In this document: piece after piece, positions 51,860 through 63,845 of the stretch
Position numbering within the stretch: the first letter of the stretch is position 1
Layout of the letters: the number at the start of each line of letters is the position of its first letter
Assembly (NCBI RefSeq): GCF_004010195.1
Contig: NC_057718.1
Coordinates: forward strand, 101,218,629-101,282,628
Source: Chiloscyllium plagiosum
Lineage: Eukaryota
Length of the DNA stretch: 64,000 nucleotides
Reading direction: 5' to 3'
Notes under the pieces: generated by a model
Told to the model about the DNA's origin: nothing
Databases searched by the model: none
What the model saw: the letters and a program-made list of their open reading frames with translations, nothing else
Position numbers and translations under genes: made by a program

Positions 51860-52415
51860 GTTATAGAGTCATCGAGATGTACAGCATAGAAACAGACCCT
51901 TCGGTCCAACCTGTCCATGCTGACCATTTATCCTAAACTAATCTAGTCCCATTTGCCAGCATTTGGCCTATATCCCTCCAAACCCCTTCTATTCCTTTAC
52001 GCAGAGAGTTGTGAATGCATGGAATGTGTTGCCAGCTGTGATGGTGGAAGCAGAGGCATGGGGGACATTTAAGTGACTGCTAGACATGCACATGGATAGC
52101 AGTGAGTTGAGGGGTGCGTAGGTTAAGTTACTATATTTTACATTAGGATTAAACCATGGCACAACATCGTGGGCCAAGGGGCCTGTTCTGTGCTGTACTT
52201 TTCTGTGTTCTATTGACATACCCATCCAGATGCCTTTTAAATGTTGTAATTGTACCAGCCTCCTCCACTTTCTCTGGCAGCTTATTCCATACACTCACCA
52301 CCCTCTGCGTGAAAACGTTACCCCTTAGGTCCCTTTTAAATCTTTCACCTCTGACCTTAAACCTATTCTCTCTAGTTATGGACTCCTCAATCCTGGGGAA
52401 AAGACTTTGTGACTA
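51860..52415 (-). mobile_element. CR1 3' end with an opposite-strand CR1 tail (~51993-52214) inserted; host resumes at 53293
   Basis: Repeated ttctatt flanks the inner piece; ggaaaagactttgt(g)cta|ttcaccctatccatg is split by the L1/Tx1 block. Confidence 0.85.
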
Positions 52416-52945
52416 TTTTTTTTTATTTCAAAAATATACTTTATTCATAAAATAATTCGATGGTCTGTACAGTTGGTCATGCCATACATACGTAAACATT
52501 TGCATACAGAGATCAGAATTTATCATTTGTATATACAGGTCTGTATGTTTATCAGTCATATGTCCACATATTTAGTCGAGGCACCAGCGGAGCCCAAATG
52601 ACTGCGCGGGCCCCCNNNNNNNNNNNNNNNNNNNNNNNNNNNNNNNNNNNNNNNNNNNNNNNNNNNNNNNNNNNNNNNNNNNNNNNNNNNNNNNNNNNNN
52701 NNNNNNNNNNNNNNNNNNNNNNNNNNNNNNNNNNTGCATAGGCACATTCCAGAAGGAGGTGTGTGACAGTCTCCTCCCTCCCGCAGCCGCTTCGAGGGCA
52801 GCTTGCGGTGAAGCTGAGAGTCCGGGCGTGCATAAAGAATCTCAAAGGCAGAGCCCTTCTCACCACCAGCCAAGCCATGTCTTGGTGCTTGTTGGAAAGT
52901 TCTGGCAATGAGGCATTCTGCCAAATGACTTTGACAGTCTGCTCT
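52416..52945 (-). mobile_element. L1/Tx1-clade LINE 3' end: ORF2 C-terminal Cys/His domain, 3' UTR and A-tail, with gap
   Basis: IWQN..KHQDMAWLVVRRALP..CPRSGCGREETVTHLLLEC; aataaa followed by an A-rich tail on the minus strand. Confidence 0.85.
52616..52734. other. Assembly gap (N run)
   Basis: Visible directly. Confidence 1.
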
Positions 52946-54084
52946 TGTATAAGTGTCATCCTGTTTCCTTATCCTCGTATTAGTCGAAGCAAACACTCAA
53001 AGACACAGTATGGGTTTACCTTCTTCATCTTATTCCACATCCTGGAGGGAGAGAGAACGATCGCCCATGTGCACAGAGACATGAGCACTCGGTCTTCTCT
53101 CGAACAGCAGATTCTTAAGGAATTATTCTGCCAAATGACGATTCTTTTTTTTAAATTTCAAAAATATACTTTATTCATAAAATAATTTGATGGTCTGTAC
53201 AGTTGGTCATGCCATACATACGTAAACATTTACATACAGAGATCAGAATTTATCATTTTTTTATTTCAAAAATACACTTTATTCATAACTCCTTCACCCT
53301 ATCCATGATACTATATTGACTGTGAAACCCTTCAGAATATCTGATGGCTGTGTGAGGTACCATTAAAGTTCCACTTTTGAGTTGTTAAGACTATCATTAA
53401 TTTTATTTTATTTTTCTCATTTTTGGTTTGAAACTATGAGTTGTAGTTGAGAATTGAACTTTGAACAGCAGCTAGTTAAAGAAAAGAAGGAACAAAAGTT
53501 TGATGTGTGCTGTTGGTATCTGCCCTGGAAAGATAACACAGGTTATGTACTTCTCTATGAACACTGTCGACCAACCAGCACTGAGATGTTGTTATGCTCA
53601 GCTGGTTGGGTGTTGAATTGACCAATCAAGCGAGGATTTGTGCTAGTCAGCCAACCACAGAGAATGTTAAAAAAGAAACAATAAAGGAACTGGCTCTGAC
53701 TGGCTTTTTGGACAGGAGGTAGAGTTGCTTTGGAAGCTGCAGGGTTGAGATGTTTGGTTTAGTTCTCTCCAGTTATTCTTTAGTCCGTGTTGACCCTGTG
53801 AAGAACATCCAGTCCCTGTAACCCCGCATTTCCCATGGCTAGCCTGCACATCTCTGGCAAATGGGACTAGATTAGTTTAGGATATCTGGTCAGCATGGAC
53901 AAGATGGACCAAAAGATCTATTTCCGTGCTGTACATCTCTGTGACTCTTGTTATAAGTTTGAGTTTTATTGTTGCTAACATGTTATTCATCATCTCTAAA
54001 CTACTTCTGAATATCTCTATCCTTCCTCTAACTTCTCTGTCATATCTATCATCTTAGGTTATTCTCTGTCCTAAACAGACAAGC

Positions 54085-54205
54085 TAGGAGAAGGCTCACA
54101 AGCCTCATTCCTTCCTGATGAAGGGCTTATTCCCGAGAGGTCGATTCTCCTGCTCCTCGGATGCTGCCTGACCTGCTATGCTTTACCAGCATCACACTCT
54201 CAACT
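54085..54205 (+). mobile_element. PLE terminus insert, family A
   Basis: cctgatgaagggcttattcccgag; near-TSD ctaaa(c/t)agacaagc at 54071-54084 and 54206-54219. Confidence 0.75.
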
Positions 54206-54592
54206 CTAAATAGACAAGCGTACTGTTTAGTTCCAGTAAAACACCATCCGCTTCAATTAACATTCTAGTTTCTTCTCATGCATGACCTTCTGTGTATGTC
54301 CTTTTGGTGTTCATATTTATCGTGTAAGGTCATTTGTTTCACCTAAATAGTTGACGTCACACAGTTTATTGGATGAAGACTGGGAGTTCTACACTAGCCA
54401 TCCTTGGGAGTGGATATATATTACATAGCGTCCGGTAACTATGCCTGGTCATCCATTTTTCTTCTACCCCTTCATGGGTTGTGGGCGTCATTGGTTGGGC
54501 CAGCATTTAATCCCCATCCCTCGACAATGCAGGGATGAGGTAGGGAATCTGTGGAATACATGGGCTGTCAAGGTTGGGTCGTTAAATATATC

Positions 54593-54786
54593 GGGTCAGG
54601 CAGCATCCAGGGAACAGGAGATTCGACGTTTCGGGCACAGGCCCTTCTTTGGGCACAGGCCCTGAAGGAGGGCCTGTGCTCGAAACGTCGAATCTCCTGT
54701 TCCCTGGATGCTGCCTGACCTGCTGTGCTGTTCCAGCAATAAAGTTTCAACTTTGATCTCCAGCATCTGCAGACCTCACTTTCTCC
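54593..54786 (+). mobile_element. PLE fold-back mini-element, family A3, inside a CR1 tail
   Basis: 14-bp TSD tcgttaaatatatc at 54579-54592 and 54787-54800. Confidence 0.9.
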
Positions 54787-56479
54787 TCGTTAAATATATC
54801 CAAGGCTGAGCCAGACCAGACTTTTAATCAGCAAGGGAATCAAGGCAGGAAAGTGGATTTGAGGATTATCAGATTGACCATGATTTACTCGACTGGTGGC
54901 ACAGTCCCGATGGGCTGAATGGCCTACCTCTCCTCTGTGTCTTATAATTGCCCTTGAACTGAGTCGTTCCTTCTGCCATTCAGAGTAGAGCCTAGTGTTG
55001 TTGGTTTGGAGTCACATATAGATCAGATTAAGTATAGAATGCTGATTGAAAGAACACTAATGAGCTTCAGTTATTGTTCCCATGCAATAAAGTATTTTGT
55101 TAACTAAGACAAGTTTAAATTTGCTGCTCTTTATCTTAAAACTGTGATCTCTCATTCTGGATTACATGAGGAAACATCTCTCCAGGTCTGCTTTGTCACC
55201 GGTGGTCTATCTTGCTTCTGGTACATCACCAAAGTCTCGCGTCTTGCAGAGTTTCTCATAATCATTGGCCAAAAGGTGCGATCAGATCTCCCTTTCTCGG
55301 GCCACGGGACCAGTTGTCGGTTTTGCCCTTGGAAATGACTCCGGCAAAACCAACAAATATAAATGCAAAGGAAAAGGAGGGAACTCTGTGGGATGTGGGC
55401 ATGGCAAGGATGTGGATCAACAAAACCACATTCATGGATTTCCACAGCCTCCCTCTTTGTACTGACAAGTCATGTTATGTGATCCAACATAATGTATAAG
55501 TTGAGTTCAGGGTATTGTATCACCTGAGTGTCTTTAAATTGGCAGTGAATGTTATTTCTTACACCACTGCAGCCCGATAGCATATCTGCGGTGACATCGT
55601 GTCTAGTGTAAAGTCAATTCAAAACAAAGAGGCACTGTAACTTCCCCAAACCTGTGTTCACCTGAGGATTAATCATTGTCTCAAACCAGTTAGTCAACTG
55701 GTTTTCATGTTCATTCCTATTTTCTCACGTAAACTTTCTCTAAACTTTCAGGTTTTTTTCTGGACTTTTGGAAAGCTTTCATTCCCCATCCCGAATCCTA
55801 AGAAAAATAAGGCCATTCGGCCCAACAATGCTTCGTTGGTGTTGGGGTTTCAGATGGATCTCCTTCCACTATTTTTCCACCAAATTCCTCCTGTTCATTT
55901 CCTCCTCATACGATTTGTCCCACGATCCCTCGTGGCACCTAACTTGACCTTGTCACCTCTCTCTGGGTAAAAAGATTTCTCCTGCATTCCCTGTTGGATT
56001 TATGAGTGACTTTCCCATACTTATGGCCGCTATTTCTGCTCTCACCTGCAAATGAAAATGTCTCTCTGTCGACCTGAAAGACCTCTTTTGTAACTTTGCA
56101 GAGCTCAATGAGAGGATCTCTCCATCTTCACTTTTCGAGGTAATGATAAATAGTGTTTGCATTTACATTTAAAACACCTTGCTGGAATGTTTTGCATTCT
56201 GTTGTGTATTTTGTCGTATCTATGCCTGCTTCCATACTGCTTTGCCATTAATGGCACTGCACTGTTTCGACTTCTGTCAGTGATGATGCTGTGCAAGTGT
56301 CTGAGTACAGTGTTTTTGTCCAAACGACAAAAGCAAATTGGAAATATTCATTTCCGTTTGTGAACTTCTTGGCTGGATAAAAGTCTGGCAGACCTTCTTG
56401 GTCAGGCTAGACTGTTTCTGCCCTCATCCTATCAAACGTGTTATAACCAAAAAGACATGGGTACTGGTACTCCCATGCT

Positions 56480-57007
56480 TTTGCAATCATGCGTTGCAAG
56501 CATTAGTTGAAACTGCATATGGAGTACTGTACTGGTACCTTGTTGATGGAGGACGCAATTGGAGGAGGCAGTTCAGGGAAGGTTCATGAGATGATTCCCA
56601 CAGATGAAAGGCTTGTTTTGAAGAGAGATTAGGCATTTGATCACTTGAGTTTGGAAGGATGAGAGGAAATCTAATTGAGATATATAAGATGCTTGTGGGG
56701 ATTGACATGGAGAAGATATTTCCCCATGTAGGGCAATCTAAAATGAGAGGTCCTGGTTTTAGGATAAGAGACAGCAGGTTTAAAACAAAGCTGAGGACAA
56801 AATACTTTTCTCAAAGGGTCGTGAATCCATGAAATTCGCTAACACAGATTGTGGTGGATGTCAGAACACGCAATAAATTTAAACACATTTTTAAAAATCT
56901 GTGATGGGTTAATGGGTAATAGTGACTGGGCAGGAAAGTGGAGTTGAGGCTGAAAGGGAACCAGACGCCGAATGGCCTACCCCGCTCCTACTTTTTATGT
57001 TCTTATG
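56480..57007 (+). mobile_element. Old CR1 3' fragment
   Basis: gagtttggaaggatgagaggaaatctaattga; gccgaatggcctaccccgctcctac. Confidence 0.7.
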
Positions 57008-57239
57008 TAAGTAAGTAGTGGTTAATGTCGAGCTCCACAAATGGTGGTCCTATATGCATGTGCACACTCCTCTAGAGTAACTTTGCCAAGCATGAACACA
57101 GAGGATCTTGAACTGCAAACATAATATAAACATTCGGATGTCCCTACCCTGTGTGTATGGTTAGGCTATGCTCTTAGGCAATACTGTTGACTTCCTAATA
57201 CCAAAATTGACCAAGAAATTCATCCCAAAATACAATAAT

Positions 57240-57682
57240 AAGAATAAAGAACAATACAGCACAGGAACAGGCCCTTCAGCCCTCCAGGCCTGCACTGACA
57301 CATTTTGCCTTTCCATACTAAATCTGTCTTCTCTTACAGAATCCGTATCCCTCTATTCCCTTCTTATTCATGTATTCATCCAGGTGCTACTTGAATGCTG
57401 CTATTGTGTCTGCTTCCACCCCCTCCTCTGGCAGTGTGTCCCAGGCAGTCCCCACCCTTTGTGTGAAAAACCTGCCTCACATATCTGTTTTAAACTCCCC
57501 CCACTCCCACACCTTGAACCTGTGTCCCCTAGTAATTGACCCTCCCACCCATATGAAGAAGCCTCATATTTTCCACTCTGTCCATGTCATTCACAATCTT
57601 ATAAACATCTATCAGGTTGCCCCTCAACCTCCTGCGTTCCGGTGAAAACAAACCCAGTCTATCCAACCTTCCTTCGTAGCTA
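57240..57682 (-). mobile_element. CR1 3' fragment
   Basis: Reverse complement of the 42250-42792 subfamily. Confidence 0.85.
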
Positions 57683-57779
57683 ATCACGAGAGCTTTGCAA
57701 AATGCAGAGAAAACAATCAGAGAACATTTGCTTGTTTGATGTTCAATATTTGTACTTGGGACAATGTTAAAGGTACTAT

Positions 57780-58694
57780 ACCTGTACGACTATGGATGAA
57801 TGGACACCGCACAACAGTCATCAGGCAGGAGTGTTCCCTCCCAGTTGGAGAACACGTCAGTGGTCCTGAACATTTGACCCTGGACCTTCGGATGGCCATG
57901 CTCCAAGGCGGACTGCGGGACAAGCAACAACGCAGAGTGGCCGAGCAGAGGCTGATAGCCAAGTTCAGTACCCATGGGGATGGCCTCAACCTGGACCTTG
58001 GGTTCATGTCACACTACCGGTGACCCCACTGCACAATACATTCTCTCTCTATCTCACACTCTCTCTCTCACACACATGCACACACAAACACTCTGACAAA
58101 TTCACACACCCCCACAGACCCTCCCTCAGACACAAGCTCTCTCTTATATACATGCACATACACCATCCGCACTCACACCAACACATGCACCCTCTCACAC
58201 ATACCCCATTACACTCATACACACACTTAATCAAGCTTGCGCGCGCATGCACACACACACACACACACTCTTATCAGGTGCATTCACATCCACACAAACA
58301 CTCACATGCACACTCAATATGCCGCCCCTACATCCACACACATATAAGCTTATAGGGTGAATTTGATTTTGCAGAATTACATTTTATTTTGCTCAAAAAC
58401 TGCATGAATCCATGTAAAACTCTGTAAAACTATACAGAGTTTGTCAGTCTGACATAACATTGGGACACAGACAGTCTTCACACCTACTGTTTAAAAAGCT
58501 GAGCTATCTTGAGAATCATATCTAAGATTGTTTACTGTATCACATCTCCCTGACACTGGACTCCTTTGGCTATAAATTCTGTGAGCGTGATCTTAACCTC
58601 CACAACCACCTAATGAAGGAGCAGCGCTCCGAAAGCTAGTGCTTTCAATTAAACCTGTTGGACTGTAATCTGGTGTTGTATGATTTTTAACTTT
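57780..58694 (+). mobile_element. 5'-truncated PLE (family B): GIY-YIG C-terminus, CA-rich 3' UTR and terminus with hammerhead motif
   Basis: RLWMNGHR..LPVGEHVSGPEH..RRVAEQRLIAKFSTHGDGLNLDLGFMSHY; cac-ctaatga-a-ggagcagcgctcc-gaaa-gc-ta-gtg at ~58607-58641. Confidence 0.9.
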
Positions 58695-59467
58695 ATATAA
58701 ATACAAGTTGCTGCATTAAATACCAGAGCATTTACAGCACAGAAACAACTACTTGGCTCCACTGGTCTCTCCTGGACTTCATGCTATAAAATTAATTGTT
58801 GAATATGTGCGTGACATATGTTGTTTGAAATAACACTTAGGGATGAAAAAAAAACTTGTTCCTCAGAAATTGATCTTCAGAAATGTGCTTCTGTATAGTT
58901 GCAAATGGAATTTTCTGGATGTTCACTAAGGTTTTTTAGGAATCTGAGGATGTAAAGCTGTTGCTTTCAAAAGCTGGTTGTTTTTCAGTTGATCCATTGA
59001 TGTTCCCAACAGAATTACCACAGTGTTGCTTGCCAGTTCGGGTGAGGAGATAATGACTATTTTCTTTTCCAAGTGCCTGTCTCTCATAACTTTTTATTAA
59101 TACTTTATTTGATTTCCTTTCAGCTTTGCCTTGTTCATTGTAATTAGTCTGTTTATTTTTGGCCACCTTAAAGCAGTTTTAGTTTAGTACTGCACGAGAA
59201 GTGTTCCTCCCATTTACCAGTGTATCTATAAATAAACTCAAATTTTGAAGGATGTGGTATAAACTGTTCTTTTATCTCTTCGCTATTATTTGAACAGCCA
59301 GCATCCTGATGGATGTAGATGATGCAGCCTGTGTCTTCTAATTAAAGCATTTGCATTTTGTTAGCTTTTCAGTATTGTCTTCTCTTGTTTTTAATGCTTG
59401 GGATGTAAACATCGCTGGAGAGACCAGCATTTATCACCTATTCCCCAATCACTCTTGAGAAGGGTTT

Positions 59468-59940
59468 TGGTTTTGATTTGATTTATTATTGTAACATGTA
59501 CCTAAGTATAGTGCAAGGTTTTTTTTGCATGTAGTGCAGGCATATCATACCAAAAAAGTGCATTTGGGTAATAGAACAGAGCGAGGAATACAACAGTATG
59601 GTTGTGAAGAAGGTGCACAAAGAGCTTGGTCAATATTTAAATTTAAAATCCAATCGGAAGCCTGATAACAGTGGGGAAGAAGCTGTTCTTGAATCTGTTG
59701 GTTGGTGTGTTTAAGTTTTTGTATCTTCTGCATGACAGAAGAGATTATAACTGGGATGGGCGGGGTCTTTGATGATGTTGGCTGCCTTCCCCCGAGGCAG
59801 TGAGAAGTGTAGATGGGGTCAATGGATGGCAGGTTGGATTGTGTGGTGGTCACAACTCTCTGTAGTTTCTTATGGTCCTGGGCAGAGCAGTTGCCGTACC
59901 AAGCCATGATTCATCAGGATTGAGTGCTCTCTATGGTCAG
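59468..59940 (-). mobile_element. Rex1/Babar LINE 3' end
   Basis: AWYGNCSAQDHKKLQRVV..LPSIDPIYTSHCL; tail caataataaatcaaatcaaa. Confidence 0.85.
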
Positions 59941-60029
59941 CGACTGCCGTGCACTGCTGCAGTTACCACAGTGCTTTTATTTCATTTTTTTGGTGACGTT
60001 TGAAACAGCTAAATTTTTTTAAAAATGGG

Positions 60030-60905
60030 TGGGATGGCAGGTGGTCATAGTGATGCAACGAGTGTGTAGCGGGCTACAGACAGGTTAAGTAAGTGGGCAA
60101 AAATTTGGCAGGTGGAATACAACATGGAGAAATCTGAGGTAAAAATCCTAACAGGAAGAATAGAGGAGCTGAATATTATTTAATTGGAGAAAGACTGCGG
60201 AACACAAAGATGTGGGGGTGTCCTCATACATAAATCACAAAAGGCTAGCGTTCCAGTTTAGTTGGCATTAGGGAATGCAAATGCAATGTGGCCTTTATTT
60301 CAGAGGGAATGGGGATAAAAATAGGAAGGTTTTGCTAAATCTATACAAATCAGATCACTGCTGAAATACTGTGAACAGTTTTGGGCCCCCTTATGTAACA
60401 ATCGATAAACTAACATTGGGGAGGCAGTCCAGAGAAAGTTCACGAGGCCACTACCAGTGTGGAGGGGCTGTCTTATGGGGAAGAGGTTGAAGAGATTGGG
60501 CCTATACTTGTGGAATATAGAAGAATAAGAGACAACCTTATTGAAACATAAACGATTGTCAGGGTCTTGACAGGTTAGATGCAGAAAGGCTGTTTTGCCT
60601 TGTAGGAGAGTCTAGGACCAGAGGGCACCATCTCAGAGTAAGTGGTCACCTATTTAAGGGGAGGAGTAATTTCTTCTCTTAAAGGGTAGTTAATCTGTGG
60701 AATTCTTTACCGCAGAGGGTCATTGAGGCTGGTGTCGTTAAGTATATTCAAGGTTGAGACAGACAGGTTTTTAGTCAGGAAGGGAATCAAGGATTATGGA
60801 GAAGGATTTGAAGGTTATCAGATTAGACATGATCTCATTGAATGGCAAAGCAGATTCGATGGGCTGATTGGTCTACTGCTGCTGCCATGTCAGTTGGTCT
60901 TATGA
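60030..60905 (+). mobile_element. Degenerate CR1 ORF2 3' part
   Basis: gacaggttaagtaagtgggcaaaaatttggcag; ggagagtctaggaccagaggg. Confidence 0.8.
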
Positions 60906-61699
60906 GTGCCTTGCTAGGTCATATTCTGTCCACTTTTCTCTCCTACAGTGTGGACTTCTGAGGTCCCTGCATGGCTGTGAGTCCCAGAACAGAGGGTGAT
61001 ACAGGGAAGCTGTTGAGCACACAGATCGGTGTGCATGGAACCTCAGAGAGGCTGCATGACCACGTATCTTAGAGAGAACTTAGAAATTTGAGGGTTAACC
61101 ATCTTGCTGTAGATCTGGAGTTGCATGTTGTGCAGCCTGTGTGCAATACAGCTGATTTCCAACCCCTGAAGGGCATTAATGTACCAAATGCAGTTTCTAA
61201 AGGGGGGTAATCTGATAGGTTTATGGTTATTATGAATTATACTAGATTTAATAGTTTTAAATTCTCTGAGCTGCCATGGTGGAATTTGAATTCATGACTC
61301 TGAAATATTGTGTTTGGGTCTTTGGGTTTCTGAATATCATTACCACTCAGCTGCCTTCCCCCAATGTTCCCTTTGATTATCATCACCATCTCTGTTTGGC
61401 TTTCTCCCTGCTTAGCTGATTTTGACTTCCACACATCACTGCACTCCCTGTGTCCAACTCTATGATGAGTGGATTCAATACCCTGGAAGAACAGAAATTT
61501 CCTCCAACTAAATATAGTCAACAATCTTGGCCTCAAACTCCATTTTCTAGCCACTAATTCTGCTCCCATCCCCCGGCAACATTTGGAGGCTGAATAAGTG
61601 ACAACTTTACTTGAGACAACCTTCTGACCAAATTTCTGTTGTTTTGGTTAGTTCAGTGGGCTGGACAGCTGGTTTGCAGTGCAGATTGATGCCAACAGC

Positions 61700-61915
61700 T
61701 GAAAATGTGTTGCTGGAAAAGCGCAGCAGGTCAGGCAGCATCCAAGGAGCAGGAGAATCGACGTTTCGGGCATGAGCCCTTCTTCAGGAAGGGCTCATGC
61801 CCAAAACGTTGATTCTCCTGTTCCTTGGATGCTGCCTGACCTGCTGCGCTTTTCCAGCAACACATTTTCAGCTCTGATCTCCAGCATCTGCAGTCCTCAT
61901 TTTCACCTCGAAGAC
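61700..61915 (+). mobile_element. PLE fold-back mini-element, family A, inserted in a SINE head
   Basis: 13-bp TSD tgatgccaacagc at 61687-61699 and 61916-61928; intact hammerhead core on minus strand ~61756-61790. Confidence 0.9.
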
Positions 61916-63177
61916 TGATGCCAACAGCATGGGTTCCAATTCCCATGATGGTCCCACCTTCTCAATCCTGCCCCTTGCCTGAGATATGGTGACCCTCAGA
62001 TTATTCTCAGCACCAGTTCTCTCTCTGTAAGAATAGAGTGGGGTTATGGCACCTTTACCATCAATAAGGCTACCTATTTCTAACTCCAGAGCATCTCTCC
62101 ATTCTGCTCCTTTTGCAGTTTTAACTGTTGCAATGAACCTCCATCTTTATTTTCCTCTAAATCATTAGGCTTTCATAACCTTGAGATCACCAATTTTTTG
62201 TTCACTGCGTCCCAAGTTGCATTTAATGCAGTTCACTTATTAACCTCAGATGTGCTCCCTTACACTGACTCCTCATTATACACTATGCTGATTTGAAAAT
62301 CCTCTTCCCTCTCTTGAAATCCCTCTGTATCCTCACCCACTCCCTATCTCTGTCATCTCCTCCAGCCTTACAAACCTCAGAGATCTCTGCATGCAAACAC
62401 CCAGGTCTTAATGCAGCTCCTCCACCAAGAACAATTCTAATGGCTTATATTCCCAAATACTGTACTTTCTCAGTAAGAGAGTTAAGTTGCTATTGGATCC
62501 CTAGTGATCTGAGTAGTGGTTGCTTCACTACAGTAACCATTTTAGATTTTCACCACTATCTTTCCAGTTCGGAAAATGGGTTGTCATGTTTGTTTTGGAA
62601 TTATTCAACATCCTGTCTGTTTGATGAACTCATTTTAAAATCGGATTTGACCCAGAACTGTCTTCACTATGTTTAATTTTCCACTTTTTTTTTGACTCAA
62701 CGTTTACGTCGTAATGAGGAAAAATGTCACAAAACTTGATCTTGGGGCGTGAGCTCAGGATCAATAGCTGGAAGCGCCTGTTGACTTATGGCATATCGCG
62801 TACTCTCTGATTATTTTCCTGCTCAGGCACAATTTATCACGATCAATTTTATTAGGAATCAAGGACTGCAAGTCATTGCATGTTCACTTTCATTCACACC
62901 CCTTTCTTTTACAAAGCCTCTGTTAATAGTTGTGGTGTATCTGTTGGAGGTTAATGAAAGATTCTGTTTACCTGCCCCACTGCTCATTGTAACAATTACT
63001 GCAACCAATTACAAACACAGCCAATTAATATCAGTCATCATCAATTTACACAGATATAATCAAGCTGCCTAACAAAAGATGTCATAGGCCTTGATAGATT
63101 TAAGGTTCACAAGTTTTTAATGACAATCTGGTAATTTCATGATCATTCAATGTGGGTCAAAGTACACTTTTGGCATC

Positions 63178-63369
63178 ATGATTTGGAGATGCTGATGTTG
63201 GACTGGGCTGTACAAAGTTAAAAATCACACGACACCAGGTTATAGTCCTGCAGAATGAATTGGAAGCACTAGCTCCTTCACAACCACCTTATGAAGGAGC
63301 AGCGCTCCAAAAGCTGGTGCTTTCAATTAAAGGTGTTGGACTATAACGTGGTGTTGTGTGATTTTTTTA
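63178..63369 (-). mobile_element. PLE fold-back mini-element, family B
   Basis: 12-bp TSD acttttggcatc at 63166-63177 and 63370-63381. Confidence 0.85.
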
Positions 63370-63845
63370 ACTTTTGGCATCCTCAGTGTTACTCAGTTTG
63401 TGTGAAAGTGTGCTATCATTTTCAAAGTGGGAACACAGCTCTCTGTATCTGTCCCTATCTAGAGCAGGTTTAGTTGACCTGCCACTAAATTGTAAATTTT
63501 CTTTGTTCTGCTTTTCTGGACAGTTGCATGATTAGGTGGGGAGCAGAGAGATACAGATCCTTAGAAATTGGGCTATAGGTTTAGACAGTGGATTTGGATC
63601 GGCACAGGCTTGGAGGGCCGAAGAGCCTGTGCCTGGGATGTAAAATTTCTTTGTTCTTTCTTTGTTCTTTATTTAAATACCCTCAAGCAATGTTACATCA
63701 CTAGTCCCCTGTGGGATCTTTTGGCTGTAGCTTTTGGTATTAATTTAAGATTTTGCCATCAATGCTAATTGACATTAATGTGAATGAGTTACTAAATCCA
63801 AGTCTTGAGAATCACAGATACAGGGCCACTTGACCCATTGGGTCA

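Noticed and set aside
55150..55470. Several overlapping ORFs in unique sequence
   Set aside because: No recognisable protein and no consistent acceptor/donor pair
60930..60982. Strong acceptor followed by gtgagt 28 nt later
   Set aside because: Isolated splice-like motifs without other support
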